64,000 nucleotides of DNA from Ottowia sp. (GTDB lineage Bacteria; Pseudomonadota; Gammaproteobacteria; Burkholderiales; Burkholderiaceae_C): NCBI RefSeq assembly GCF_016703145.1, contig NZ_JADJCO010000003.1:317163-381162 (forward strand), given 5' to 3'. This document shows, piece by piece, positions 50,367-62,671 of the stretch. The notes beneath the pieces are model-generated. The model had not been told where the DNA came from, ran no database searches, and saw nothing but the letters and a program-made list of their open reading frames with translations. Position 1 is the stretch's first letter. Each line of letters opens with the position of its first letter. The translations under genes were made by a program, and so were the position numbers.

Positions 50367-51380
50367 TCAACTTCTGTGCTCGCCGTCAACGTGACGTGCA
50401 AAGGCATACTGGAGTAGTGAGGTTCTGCCTTGAATGTGCAGGACCCGGATCTGCATAAAAACACCATTTGCGTCTTCCAGTTCAAACGGTACATCGACTT
50501 CAAAAGTCGACGGCTGTTGGACGCCGCCGTTAATTGCGATATTGTCGGCGTAGAGGTACATGCGATTATGAGTATCTAGTATCGGATTTAGACGCCCCTC
50601 CAGCCCAGGAATATGCCCGGTGCTATGGCAGATGATCGAACCTGTGTTCTCTGAATCGAAAACTGTAACGGTTATATCAGTGCCAGGATCCCACGATTTA
50701 ATGACCGCACCTGGATATTTAGGATGAGCAACAAGCAGTTGATAGAGACGGCGCGTCGGTATGGACACAGCGGCCACGCCGTCTGCGGGGGTGACCGCAT
50801 TCTTCGTGGTGCCGTTGTCGGCGATGGCAGTAACCGATGCTCCTGCTACGGGTGAGCCACTTGAAGAGATGACGGAAACTCTCGCATGAACCGGGTCAAT
50901 ACGAGGTGCATTTTCCACTGAAAACATGGCGCGTCGTATCGACTCCGAAGGAATAGTGCGTCCGCTGTTCACCAGCTTCGTCTGAACTACCTTGACGAAC
51001 TCTTGAGGAGATCGTCCAGTTAGGGAGATGTATCCCACGGTTGATAGAACACCGGGAATCGGCGTGTCGTCGAACCTTGTTGGAAGTATGTACTCCTGAT
51101 GTTCCTGAAACGCGCGCGCTTGCATGGCCTGACGTTCGTGATTTGTCCACAGCTTGCGCGCGTAGTGCTCTGAAATGAACATGATCGTGTACAGCGCCTT
51201 ATTTTGATAGACGTCAGATAAGTATTCGTAGAGGTTCTTCCCCCAGAGGTTTGATTCTTCAAATAGATCGTAGAAGACCTTGACGCCTGAGTCTCGCAGC
51301 AAATTTGCGACTTGATCGACGTAAACTCTGTCTTCTCCGGCGAATGAAAGAGCGATCTCAAATTCGACTGTACGGTTCAT
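50367..51380 (-). CDS. TIR-domain protein with C-terminal beta-sandwich (CarboxypepD_reg-like) and an unassigned domain
   Basis: N-terminus EFEIALSFAGEDRVYVDQVANLLRDSGVKVFYDLFEESNLWGKNL...IMFISEHYARKLWTNHERQAMQARA matches the bacterial TIR_2 pattern, including a Glu (E82) at the expected catalytic position. The 337-aa frame is intact. The segment is AT-richer than its surroundings. Confidence 0.8.
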   Translation of the reverse strand: MNRTVEFEIALSFAGEDRVYVDQVANLLRDSGVKVFYDLFEESNLWGKNLYEYLSDVYQNKALYTIMFISEHYARKLWTNHERQAMQARAFQEHQEYILPTRFDDTPIPGVLSTVGYISLTGRSPQEFVKVVQTKLVNSGRTIPSESIRRAMFSVENAPRIDPVHARVSVISSSGSPVAGASVTAIADNGTTKNAVTPADGVAAVSIPTRRLYQLLVAHPKYPGAVIKSWDPGTDITVTVFDSENTGSIICHSTGHIPGLEGRLNPILDTHNRMYLYADNIAINGGVQQPSTFEVDVPFELEDANGVFMQIRVLHIQGRTSLLQYAFARHVDGEHRS

Positions 51381-51392
51381 ACTTTTCGATGC

Positions 51393-51635
51393 CTAAATTT
51401 TTTGCACGGAAGGCGCAATTCGGCCCGCATAGGCAGCCACTGTAAGCCCAGGCCGGATGATGCACGATGTTCTTTCGTATTTGGCTCCATAGTATCTGCC
51501 GATTCCCGCAACTAGAAAGGCTGCTATGAGGCCCAAATGCCAGATGGCTACAATGGGTCGATTCCTGCCGGAGATAACAGTGCAATTGGATGAAACCGAT
51601 TGCCGCATTGACTGGACATATGGCACTGGATTCAT
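51393..51635 (-). CDS. Hypothetical 80-aa single-pass membrane protein
   Basis: Its ATG overlaps the hsdS stop (ATGA, 51632-51635). One TM segment, PIVAIWHLGLIAAFLVAGIGRYYG. Its stop lies 13 nt before the TIR ATG. No homology recognised. Confidence 0.4.
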   Translation of the reverse strand: MNPVPYVQSMRQSVSSNCTVISGRNRPIVAIWHLGLIAAFLVAGIGRYYGAKYERTSCIIRPGLTVAAYAGRIAPSVQKI

Positions 51636-52235
51636 TGGCCATGAGAGTCTGGGATGCGACACCCCTCCTCTTGCAGGGTGTTGACGCCCGCTTCGGTCAA
51701 CGCCTCGGGTACGCGAAGCTGGCCGGAGATCAGACGGGGGAGCAGAGTATCGCGGAGGATAGTGAGAGTTTGGACTTGTTCTTCATTGGCACGCACGGTT
51801 TCATAAAGTGGCGAAATGTGTGCTGCGAAGGCTTCGGACACATCATTTCCTGGGTTCAGAAATTTGATCCGCCACATATTGGATTGACTCAGCTTCGCTT
51901 GGACTGCGCCCGTGATGTAAGGCTGAATATTCGTGCGCTGCAATGCAAGCATCAAATGCTCTGTAGATACTCCCGCCTTCCCTTGAATAATGTGTGCATG
52001 GTTATTTACCCAGAACTTTCCCCAAACATATTGCATGATTGGAAAGCCCTGCTCATCCGCAACCGATCCGTCCTCTCCTGCCAAAAGAAAGATGCCATCG
52101 AAAAGATAGCCATCAACGTAATCCATCAGGGCCGCCGCACCGTAGTATGGATATATGCCACGACGCTTGGCGCGTTCAGCACTTGATAGAGGAACACGCT
52201 TGGAATCAGAAATCGCGCATACCTCTTTTAGACTG

Positions 52236-53313
52236 GGCGGCCTCAAATCCGAAGTGCAACACCCCCTGCGGTAAGGTGTTCACATGCCATCCGCCTCCCG
52301 ATACGAACAACTCCAACCCGAAGACCGCATGACGATCGCGAGCATGCGCCAGCAAGGGCAAAGCGCGCGATGGCGCTGGGGCGATCGCCATCGACGATCA
52401 GCCGCGAGCTGGCGCGCAACACGGGCGCTGACGCGGCCTACGGCTCGCACCGCGCACAGCGTCCTGCCAGGCGCCGGCGTGCTGCCCGCCCTCTTGCCAA
52501 ACTGTCTTCTGACAGCCTGTCCTGGAGCCTGGTGATGACCCTGTTGGACTGGAAGTGGTCGCCCCAGCAGATTGCCGCTACCCTCAAGCGCACCTTTCCC
52601 AACGAGGCCGCGCGCCACGTGTCCCACGAAACCATCTACACCGCCATCTACGCCCAGCCTCGGGGCGAACTGCGCCGCCAGCTCATCGCCTGCCTGCGCC
52701 AGGGCCGTGGCACACGGTTGCCGCGCAGCCGTGGCACCGACCGGCGTGGCCAGATCCCCGAGATGGTCAGCATCCACTGCGCCCACCCGAGATCGAGGAT
52801 CGCGGATGCCCGGCCACTGGGAAGGCGACTTCATCAAGGGGCGGGCAACAAGTCCTCCGTGGGCGTGCTGGTGGAGCGCTCCAGCCGCCTGGTGCTGCTG
52901 GCCAAGATGGACGATGCCACGGCCAGCTCGGCGCTGGCCGGTTTCACGGCCAAGCTCAACGCGATTGCCGATCCGATGCGCAAGAGCTTCACCTACGACC
53001 AGGGCAAGGAGATGAGCTACCACCGGCACTGGCCGCCGCCAGGCGCAGGTCTACTTTGCGACCCCCACGCCCCTGGCAGCGCGGCACCTGCGAGAACACC
53101 AACGGGCTGCTGCGCCAGTACCTGCCCAGGGCACTGACCTGAGCGTGCACAGCCAGGACGAACTGGACGCCATCGCCGACAGCTTGAACAGCAGACCTCG
53201 CGCAACCCATGGCTTCAACACCCCGCTGGCCGTCTTCCACCTGCTGGCCATGGCTCAGCAGGCTCCAGTTCTCGCTCAATAACCACGTGTTGCGCTTCGG
53301 TCTTGAAACCGCC
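52236..53313 (+). mobile_element. IS30-family insertion sequence, degenerate (1078 bp)
   Basis: Inverted repeats GGCGGCCTCAAATCCGAAGTGCAACAC (left) and the reverse complement of GTGTTGCGCTTCGGTCTTGAAACCGCC (right). 3-bp duplication CTG at 52233-52235 and 53314-53316. Confidence 0.8.
52284..53282 (+). pseudogene. IS30-family transposase, at least 4 frameshifts
   Basis: Pieces lie in all three forward frames: YEQLQPEDRMTIASMRQQGQSAR / LGRSPSTISRELARN... / RPPEIEDR / MPGHWEGDFIKG / AGNKSSVGVLVERSSRLVLLAKM... / PWQRGTCENTNGLLRQYLP. Confidence 0.8.
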
Positions 53314-53635
53314 CTGCAATAGGCCCACCCTCTTGGTACCTCCCCTAACTCCGACGCCTCGAACCCATCCGGAAACAGCGCCGCCGTGGCCTCGTCCATG
53401 CCTTCGGGGGCGCGGCCTTGCATCTTGGCACTCACGGGGTCGAAATCGACGAACCACGACTTGAAGAGCGCCTGGGCGATGGCTTCGAGCGTGGCGTTGG
53501 CTTCGCGTAGGAGGGTGATGCGGTCGTCAAGCGGACGTAATGCCGCGGAAACCTCGCGCTGCACTTCAAGGCGGGGCGCTTCAAAGAAAATCTGACCAAA
53601 CGCTGACTTGTTCAGAATTGGTTGCGCGGAGCCCC

Positions 53636-55107
53636 GAGCCTGTCCTGAATTTTGTGTTCGAGGCATAGCATGACGACCAGGAACATGTATGCCGACGAGC
53701 AAGACGAAGATGAAGAACGCGGCGATCGCCGCCAAGATGGCGGCGCTGCCGTCGATCCCGAAGGAGCTGATTGACCAGTTCGTCTCGGGGCCCATGACCG
53801 GCGATGCCGTGAACGCGGCGACGGTGGCATTCAAGAAGGCGTTGATCGAGCGCGCCCTGGGTGCCGAGATGTCGCACCATTTGGGCTACCCGAATGGCGC
53901 GAGCAAGCCCGAGGCCGGCACTGCCAACCAGCGCAACGGCCGCAGCGCCAAGACCGTGCTGACCGACGATGGGCCGCTGCGCATCGAAGTCCCGCGCGAC
54001 CGCGCCGGCTCCTTCGAGCCGGTGCTCATCCCCAAGCACGAACGCCGCTTCACCGGCTTCGACGACAAGATCGTGGCCATGTACGCGCGCGGCCTGACCA
54101 TGCGCGAGATCCAGGGCTTCCTGCTGGAGAGCTACGGCGTGGAGGTGTCGCCCGAGTTCATCAGTTCGGTCACCGACGCCGTCATGGCCGAGGTCACCGC
54201 CTGGCAGGCGCGCCCGCTGGAGCCGAGGTACCCGGTGGTCTTCTTCGACGCCTTGCGCGTGAAGATCAAGGAAGACGCGGTGGTGCGCAACAAGGCCATC
54301 TACCTGGCCCTGGGCGTGCTGCCCGATGGCACGCGCGACATCCTGGGCTTGTGGATCGAGGGCACCGAAGGCGCCAAGTTCTGGATGAAGGTGTTCAACG
54401 ACTTGAAGACCCGCGGCGTCAATGACATCCTCATTGCCGTCACCGACGGCTTGAAGGGCATGCCCGAAGCGCTGGCGGCGGTGTCCGGCCACCACGCTGC
54501 AGACGTGCATCGTGCACCTGATTCGCAACTCCCTGGACTACGCCAGTTGGAAGGATCGCAAGCTGCTGGCGGCGGCCATCAGGCCGATCTACACGGCCGC
54601 CAGCGCAGAGGCGGCCGAGGCCGAACTCGACGCCTTCGCTCAAGGCCCGTGGGGCGTCAAGTTCCCCACCGTGGTGGCGGCCTGGCGTCGGGCGTGGGAC
54701 CGGGTGATTCCGTTCTTTGCATTTCCACCGTCCATCCGCCGGGTGATCTACACGACCAACGCCATCGAGAGCATCAACGCGCGACTGCGCAAGATCATCA
54801 AGACACGGGGACACTTCCCCCAGTGACGATGCGGCCTCCAAGCTGATCTGGCTGGCGCTGCGCAACATAACGGCCGACTGGGGACGGGCAGCCAAGGATT
54901 GGAAGGAGGCGATGAACCAGTTCGCGATACTCCACGAAGATCGCTTCACGCAGCCGACCCATGGCGCCAGCAGCAAGGAGGTTGAACCATGAATACATGG
55001 CTCAACCGGGGCGCCTCCGGCGGCCTGGCAGGGGCCTGAAGACAGAAGAGAAATCAATCGAGAGCAGATCAACCAACCGCCTCGAACACAAAAATTCAGA
55101 CAGGCCC
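53636..55107 (+). mobile_element. IS256-family insertion sequence, degenerate copy 2 (1472 bp)
   Basis: Same terminal repeats as copy 1 (GAGCCTGTCCTGAATTTTGTGTTCGAGGC ... GCCTCGAACACAAAAATTCAGACAGGCCC). 8-bp duplication GGAGCCCC at 53628-53635 and 55108-55115. Confidence 0.85.
53689..54992 (+). pseudogene. IS256-family transposase, at least 2 frameshifts
   Basis: ORF 53689..54846 is colinear with copy 1 up to ...GMPEALAAV. The product continues in ORF 54512..54826 ([18 protein letters not shown]...[22 protein letters not shown]) and then in a third frame (...[26 protein letters not shown]...). Confidence 0.85.
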
Positions 55108-55489
55108 GGAGCCCCCGGCAAGGCTGCGAATTTCATCCTTTCGCGTGTTCAGGTTGTAGTAAACGAACTCAGGGCAGAACTTCGACTCGTCAACCAAGAT
55201 CGCATTGATCTGCTGATTGGTAACGCATCGAGAGGCAGCAATCGCAGCCTTACCCATGTCTGAGCCGATGCATGTCACCAAAACGCTGCGTGGTGGTATG
55301 AGGCTGCCTTTGACAGACTGGGCTCCGGCCTCTGAGATGCTGCGAACGGTCTTGGTGATCCACTTGTTCCCCGAGAAATCAGGAGGAGACACAAACGGCA
55401 CGTCGTCGCCGCCGAAAGCGGGCACGCCACTCTTGGGTGTCTTTCCCGTAACTAAGCGACCGACTTCTTGAAGGCGGTACGTTCTCCAC

Positions 55490-57052
<1,563 letters not shown>

Positions 57053-57123
57053 GTGTGAAAAGGAAGCGGGCCGCCCCGGAGCGCCGGGGCCGCCGGTGTG
57101 CGTTGGCGCGGGGCGGGGCCGGC

Positions 57124-57345
57124 TCAGTGGATCGCCGCCGCCACGATGATGCTGATGCCCAGGCACATGGCGGCGACCACCAGGGCCAGGGCCTTGTTCT
57201 GCTTCTCGACGATTTCGAGCCAGAGGTCGTGCGGCGTGATCTTGTCGATGATGGCGAAGCACAGCCAGAAGATGACCACGCCGATCAGCGCGTAGAGGAT
57301 GGACCCGACGAACGCCGCGGGCCTGAGCCATTCGATTCCCATCAT
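57124..57345 (-). CDS. DUF350 (YjfL-like) membrane protein
   Basis: 73 aa with two hydrophobic segments flanking [22 protein letters not shown], the usual DUF350 layout. Confidence 0.7.
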   Translation of the reverse strand: MMGIEWLRPAAFVGSILYALIGVVIFWLCFAIIDKITPHDLWLEIVEKQNKALALVVAAMCLGISIIVAAAIH

Positions 57346-57370
57346 TGCCTGTGCTCCTTTTGCCAGTGTG

Positions 57371-58876
57371 TCATTTGTGGCCCCCGCCCGAGGACCAGCC
57401 GCCGTACGAGCCGCCCGAGCTGCGGTAGCCGCCGCCCGGGCTGCCCGAGCAACGGTCCATCACCACCAGGATGACGATGAGGGCGACGCAGATGAGGATC
57501 AGCGTACCGCAACCGATGCCGCGCAGCGCGGCCACCGGGGCGGCGTCGGCGCGCTTGAAGAGGTCTTGCCGGCCGTCGAGCCTGAAGGCCTTGGCCACGG
57601 TGTCGGCGTTGATCCGGCTGCCCGCCGACCAGGTGACCTCGCGCGGCGTCTGCTCCATCGACAGCAGGCCCTTGCCGGCGTTGGCGAAGTCGCGGTTGCG
57701 GGTTTTCTGGCCGCGCTCGACGGGCCAGTAGAACTCGCCGGCCACGTAGGTGGTCTCGGCGTCGTAGGCGGACTGCAGCTGGTAGGTGGCGCCCAGGTAG
57801 GTGGCGCCGCGCCCGCCCTGCGCCAGCCGGGGGGCGCCCGTGGCGGGGCGCACCAGGCTCCAGCCGTCGGACGCATCGACCAAAAACGCGAAGCCGCGCT
57901 TTCGGTTGTAGAGCAGGTATTCGTCCCAGCCGAACTGTTCGTCATCGCCCGGCTCCTGGCCCACGCGGCGCTGGAAGCCGACCACCTGCCAGTGCACGCC
58001 TTCGAGCTGCCCGGTGCCGCCCAGCGGGATGAGCGGGCGCACGGGCTCGTCCTGCCCGGCGTGGCGCAGCTCGCCGCCCAGGCCGCCGGCCAGGTCGATC
58101 AGGCTGTGGCACGCGGCGCAGGCGATGGCCTGGGTGGTGTCCAGCTTGACATGCACCGGCGCGCCGCACCGCGGGCAGTTGAACTGGCGGCCTTGCTCGT
58201 CCTTGGCCGATTCGTCCTTCAGGCCTTGCAGGCGCAGGTCGTCCAGCAGCACGGCGCGGCCGCGCTCCAGCCGGGGCGGCGTGTGGCCATGGTCGATGGA
58301 CAGCACCTCGCCGTCCTCGGCGCGCAGCTCGACCACGCGGAAGGGCTGGCCCAGGGGCGGCAGCCTGGGCAGCTCGCCCTGGGCGGAGACGAGGCGCGCC
58401 TGCACGTTGGCCGCCACGCTGAACGGCTGGCCGCCGATGGCGGTGGCCGCGCCGACGCGGAAGCTCTCGGCCGGCGGCAGGTCGCGGGGGGCGTCGAACG
58501 GCCGGGTGAAGACGTAGGCGCCGTTGTCCTCGCCCAGCGTGGCGGTGCGGCCGTCGTCCAGGAGGGCGTTCCACTCGGTCCAGGTGCCTTCGTCGCCCTG
58601 GTACTGCAGGCGGCCGATCAGGGTGAAAGGCAGGTCCTGGCCGTCCAGCGCGATGCGGCCGCTGGCCATGAGCCGCAGCGGGCTGTGGTCGTCGAAGATC
58701 TCGGCCATCCGGCCCAGGCGCCGCAGCACCTCGCCGCTGCGCACCACGGTGCTCTGGCAGTAGGGGCAGACGGCATGGGTGGACTGCGCGCCGCGGAACT
58801 CGACGGGCGCGCCGCAGCCGGGGCAGGGCGCGCGGTAGCTGCGCTGGCGGGGGCCGCCGCTGCCGGGCTCGCTCAC
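57371..58876 (-). CDS. DUF4178-type protein with two zinc ribbons, C-terminal TM helix and Gly-rich tail
   Basis: CPGCGAPVEF...CPYCQS and CPRCGAPVHV...CAACHS ribbons. Repeated DUF4178-like beta modules. TM CGTLILICVALIVILVVM. Tail GGGYRSSGGSYGGWSSGGGHK. Confidence 0.7.
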   Translation of the reverse strand: MSEPGSGGPRQRSYRAPCPGCGAPVEFRGAQSTHAVCPYCQSTVVRSGEVLRRLGRMAEIFDDHSPLRLMASGRIALDGQDLPFTLIGRLQYQGDEGTWTEWNALLDDGRTATLGEDNGAYVFTRPFDAPRDLPPAESFRVGAATAIGGQPFSVAANVQARLVSAQGELPRLPPLGQPFRVVELRAEDGEVLSIDHGHTPPRLERGRAVLLDDLRLQGLKDESAKDEQGRQFNCPRCGAPVHVKLDTTQAIACAACHSLIDLAGGLGGELRHAGQDEPVRPLIPLGGTGQLEGVHWQVVGFQRRVGQEPGDDEQFGWDEYLLYNRKRGFAFLVDASDGWSLVRPATGAPRLAQGGRGATYLGATYQLQSAYDAETTYVAGEFYWPVERGQKTRNRDFANAGKGLLSMEQTPREVTWSAGSRINADTVAKAFRLDGRQDLFKRADAAPVAALRGIGCGTLILICVALIVILVVMDRCSGSPGGGYRSSGGSYGGWSSGGGHK

Positions 58877-58902
58877 GCCGGCAGCTCCCGGCGGCGGACA
58901 GA

Positions 58903-58970
58903 CGATTTCAAGCCAAATCGGCCTCTAGCCCGCATGAATATTGAGCAAGCAGCTATTATTTTTGTAGTAA
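58903..58970 (-). repeat. Dispersed repeat, copy 16 (inverted)
   Basis: The reverse complement reads CTACAAAAATAATAGCTGCTTGCTCAATATTCATGCGGGCTAGAGGCCGATTTGGCTTGAAATCGTC. Lies between the SPFH and DUF4178 genes. Confidence 0.85.
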
Positions 58971-58992
58971 ACTGGGCTGTGCTTGATGCCGT

Positions 58993-60030
58993 TCAGACCA
59001 GCTTCTTCAGCAGCTCGGCCTTCTTGGCGTTGAATTCCTCGTCGGTCAGGATGCCCTTGGCCTTGAGTTCGCCCAGCTTCTCCAGCGTGGCCATCACGTC
59101 CTCGGGCCTGACGCCAACCGGCGCGGCGGGCGCGGGGGCGCCGCCCTGCAGCGCCGACTGCATGTTCTGCGCCAGGATCTGCCCCATGGCCACGCCGGCG
59201 CCCATGCCCAGCCCGGCGCCGGCCAAGCCGCCCGCGTCGCCGCCGGCGCCCACGCCCTCGGCCATCTTGGGGATGGCCTGCGCGGTCTGGTACTGCATGA
59301 AGCGGCCCATGTCGTTGCCGACCATGCCCGTGCCGATCTTCTGGTCCAGCACTTTCTGCAGCTCTTCGGGCAGCGAGATGCTCTGCACCGTCATGGCTTC
59401 GAGCTGGAGGCCGTAGGCCGCCATGGCCGGCGCCAGCGCGCTGGCCAGCGCCTGCGCGAACGCCTGCTGGTTGGCCGCCAGGTCGAGGAAGGACACCTGG
59501 CTCCGCGCGATGCCGGTGGCGATGTTCTGCACGATCAGGCCGCGCAACTGGCCGTCGAGCTCGGCCACGGTGTAGACATCGCGCGTGCCGCTGATCTCGG
59601 TGTGGAAGGTCTTCGGATCGGCCACGCGCCAGGCGTAGTTGCCGAAGGCGCGCAGGCGCACGGCGCCGAACTCGGCGTCGCGCACGGCGATGGGCTGCGG
59701 CGTGCCCCACTTCTGGTCGATCTGCTGGCGCGTGCTGAAGAAGTACACGTCGCTCTTGAAGGGCGACTGGAACAGCTTGTCCCAGTTCTTGAGGTTGGTC
59801 AGCAGCGGCAGCGTCTGCGTGGTGAGCTGGTGGGTGCCGGGGCCGAACACGTCGGCCACCTGGCCTTCGTTGACGAACATCGCCATCTGCGTCTCGCGCA
59901 CCACCAGCACGGCGCCGTTCTGGATCTCCATGTCGGCCATGGGGAAGCGCCAGGCCAGGGTACCCTCGCCGGCCTCCGTCCACTGGATGACATCGATAAA
60001 TTGCTTCTTGATGAAATCCATCAGTGCCAT
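58993..60030 (-). CDS. SPFH/Band-7 superfamily protein (YdjI/COG4260 type) with C-terminal SHOCT motif
   Basis: MALMDFIKKQFIDVIQW...GAVLVVRETQMAMFVNEGQV is the COG4260 N-terminus. The C-terminal LEKLGELKAKGILTDEEFNAKKAELLKKL is a SHOCT motif. Confidence 0.8.
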   Translation of the reverse strand: MALMDFIKKQFIDVIQWTEAGEGTLAWRFPMADMEIQNGAVLVVRETQMAMFVNEGQVADVFGPGTHQLTTQTLPLLTNLKNWDKLFQSPFKSDVYFFSTRQQIDQKWGTPQPIAVRDAEFGAVRLRAFGNYAWRVADPKTFHTEISGTRDVYTVAELDGQLRGLIVQNIATGIARSQVSFLDLAANQQAFAQALASALAPAMAAYGLQLEAMTVQSISLPEELQKVLDQKIGTGMVGNDMGRFMQYQTAQAIPKMAEGVGAGGDAGGLAGAGLGMGAGVAMGQILAQNMQSALQGGAPAPAAPVGVRPEDVMATLEKLGELKAKGILTDEEFNAKKAELLKKLV

Positions 60031-60188
60031 GGCCTGCCCTTCCGGTAGGGGAAAACGTCGGCGGATGATACGCGGGGCCCCCTGCCGGCGCGGACCACCG
60101 CGCGCGCTTCTCTACAATGGCCCGCACCTTCTGGCGCCACCTTCCAAAACCACAAGCGCGGCCGGCGCCCGCGCGAGGAGCACCGCCC

Positions 60189-62519
60189 ATGACCACCCCC
60201 CCGCCCGCCTCCACCGACGACAAGCGCGCCGAACTGCGCCGCGCCGCGCTCGACTACCACGAGTTTCCGGTGCCCGGCAAGGTTGCCATCTCGGCGACCA
60301 AGCAGATGATCAACCAGCGCGACCTGTCGCTGGCCTATTCGCCCGGCGTGGCCGCGCCGTGCGAGGAGATCGTCAAGGACCCGGTCAACGCCTTCAAGTA
60401 CACCGCGCGCGGCAACCTGGTGGCCGTCATCACCAACGGCACCGCGGTGCTGGGCCTGGGCGACATCGGCCCGCTGGCCTCCAAGCCGGTGATGGAAGGC
60501 AAGGGCGTGCTGTTCAAGAAGTTCGCCGGCGTGGACGTGTTCGACATCGAGATCGACGAGAAGGACCCCCAGAAGCTGGTGGATGTGATCGCCGCGCTGG
60601 AGCCCACCTTCGGCGCCATCAACCTCGAGGACATCAAGGCGCCGGACTGCTTCTACGTCGAGCGCGAGTTGCGCAAGCGCATGAAGATCCCGGTCTTCCA
60701 CGACGACCAGCACGGCACGGCCATCACGGTGGCGGCGGCCATGGTCAACGGACTGAAGGTGGCGGGCAAGGACATCGCCCAGGTCAAGGTAGTCACCTCC
60801 GGCGCCGGCGCGGCCGCGCTGGCCTGCCTGAACCTGCTGCTGAAGGTGGGCGTGCGGCGCCAGAACGTGTTCGTCACCGACCTGGCCGGCGTGGTCTACG
60901 AGGGCCGCGAGGAGCTGATGGACGACGACAAGCGCCAGTACATGCAGAAGACCGACGCGCGCACGCTGGCCGAGGTGATCGACGGCGCCGACGTGTTCCT
61001 GGGCCTGTCGGCCGGCGGCGTGCTCAAGCCCGAGATGGTGGCCCGGATGGCGCCGCGCCCCGTGATCTTCGCGCTGGCCAACCCCAACCCCGAGATCGCG
61101 CCCGAGGACGCGCACGCCGTGCGCGACGACATCATCATGGCCACCGGCCGCACCGACTACCCGAACCAGGTCAACAACGTCCTGTGCTTCCCGTACATCT
61201 TCCGCGGCGCGCTCGACTCGGGCGCCACCACCATCACCGACGAGATGGAACTGGCCGCTGTCCACGCCATCGCCGAGCTGGCGCAGGCCGAGCAGAGCGA
61301 GAAGGTGGCCGCCGCCTACGTGGGCGAGAAGCTCAGCTTCGGCCCTGAATACCTGATCCCCAAGCCGTTCGACCCGCGGCTGATGACCAAGATCGCGCCC
61401 GCGGTGGCCCAGGCCGCCGCGGACAGCGGCGTGGCGCTGCGCCCCATCACCGACATGGACGCCTACCGCGAAAAGCTGCAGAACTTCGTCTACGCCTCGG
61501 GCACGACGATGAAGCCCATCTTCGACGCCGCCCGGCGGGCCACCAAGAAGCGCGTGGCCTATGCCGAGGGCGAGGAGGAGCGCATTCTGCGCGCCTGCCA
61601 GATCGTGGTGGACGAGGGCCTGGCGCGCCCGACGCTGATCGGCCGGCCGGCCATCATCGCCCAGCGCATCGAGAAATTCGGCCTGCGCCTGCAGGAAGGG
61701 CGCGACTACGAAGTCGCCAGCACCGAGTTCGACCCCCGCTACCGCGACTTCTGGCAGACCTACCACCGCATGACCGAGCGCAAGGGCATCACCGCCCAGG
61801 TGGCCAAGATCGAGATGCGCCGGCGCCTGACGCTGATCGCCTGCATGATGCTGCACAAGGACGAGGTGGACGGGCTGATCTGCGGCACCTGGGGCACCAC
61901 GCTGCAGCACCTCACCTACATCGACCAGGTCATCGGCAAGCGCCCCGGCGGCGCCATCAGCACCGCGCAGGACGTGCCGGTGTACGCCTGCATGAACGGG
62001 CTGCTGCTGCCAGACCGGCAGGTGTTCCTGGTGGACACCCACGTCAACTACGACCCCACGCCCGAGGAGCTGTGCGAGATCACCGCCCTGGCGGCCGAGG
62101 AGATGGTGCGCTTCGGCATCCAGCCCAAGGCGGCGCTGTTGTCGCACTCCAACTTCGGCACCAGCAACCAGCCCACGGCGGTCAAGATGCGCCGCACGCT
62201 GGAGCTGCTGCGCGAGCAGACCCCCTGGCTGGAAGTGGACGGCGAGATGCACGGCGACGTGGCGCTGGACGGCCAGCAACGCGCCACCGTGATGCCGAGC
62301 AGCCCTCTGCACGGCGATGCCAACCTGCTGGTGTTTCCCAACATCGACGCCGCCAACATCGCCTACAACCTGCTCAGGACCGTCGCTGGCGGCAACATTG
62401 CCATCGGCCCGGTGCTGCTCGGCGCGGCCAAACCCGTGCACATTGTCACGGCCAGCGCCACCGTGCGCCGCATCGTCAACCTGACGGCGCTTACCGTGGC
62501 CGACGCGAACGCCGATTAG
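60189..62519 (+). CDS. maeB: NADP-dependent malic enzyme (malic plus PTA-like domains)
   Basis: [37 protein letters not shown]-like ALANPNPEI. The C-terminal phosphate-acetyltransferase-like domain runs to ...[11 protein letters not shown]. Confidence 0.92.
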   Translation: MTTPPPASTDDKRAELRRAALDYHEFPVPGKVAISATKQMINQRDLSLAYSPGVAAPCEEIVKDPVNAFKYTARGNLVAVITNGTAVLGLGDIGPLASKPVMEGKGVLFKKFAGVDVFDIEIDEKDPQKLVDVIAALEPTFGAINLEDIKAPDCFYVERELRKRMKIPVFHDDQHGTAITVAAAMVNGLKVAGKDIAQVKVVTSGAGAAALACLNLLLKVGVRRQNVFVTDLAGVVYEGREELMDDDKRQYMQKTDARTLAEVIDGADVFLGLSAGGVLKPEMVARMAPRPVIFALANPNPEIAPEDAHAVRDDIIMATGRTDYPNQVNNVLCFPYIFRGALDSGATTITDEMELAAVHAIAELAQAEQSEKVAAAYVGEKLSFGPEYLIPKPFDPRLMTKIAPAVAQAAADSGVALRPITDMDAYREKLQNFVYASGTTMKPIFDAARRATKKRVAYAEGEEERILRACQIVVDEGLARPTLIGRPAIIAQRIEKFGLRLQEGRDYEVASTEFDPRYRDFWQTYHRMTERKGITAQVAKIEMRRRLTLIACMMLHKDEVDGLICGTWGTTLQHLTYIDQVIGKRPGGAISTAQDVPVYACMNGLLLPDRQVFLVDTHVNYDPTPEELCEITALAAEEMVRFGIQPKAALLSHSNFGTSNQPTAVKMRRTLELLREQTPWLEVDGEMHGDVALDGQQRATVMPSSPLHGDANLLVFPNIDAANIAYNLLRTVAGGNIAIGPVLLGAAKPVHIVTASATVRRIVNLTALTVADANAD

Positions 62520-62562
62520 TAGAGCCCCGCCACTTTAGTGAGCGCACACTAATCGCGCGCCG

Positions 62563-62595
62563 GGATAGTCCTGCGCAGTGCCTGTGATTTAAGCA
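62563..62595 (+). repeat. Dispersed repeat, short degenerate copy 17
   Basis: GGATAGTCCTGCGCAGTGCCTGTGATTTAAGC retains the ATAG..CTGCGCA...TGATTTAA spacing, with the central core deleted. Confidence 0.4.
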
Positions 62596-62671
62596 GGCGC
62601 TTGCTTTTTCGTGGCTGCTGCGTCACACTAGCGCCTTGGGATTTTCGGGTTAACCCGGAGGTTTTCGAAGG

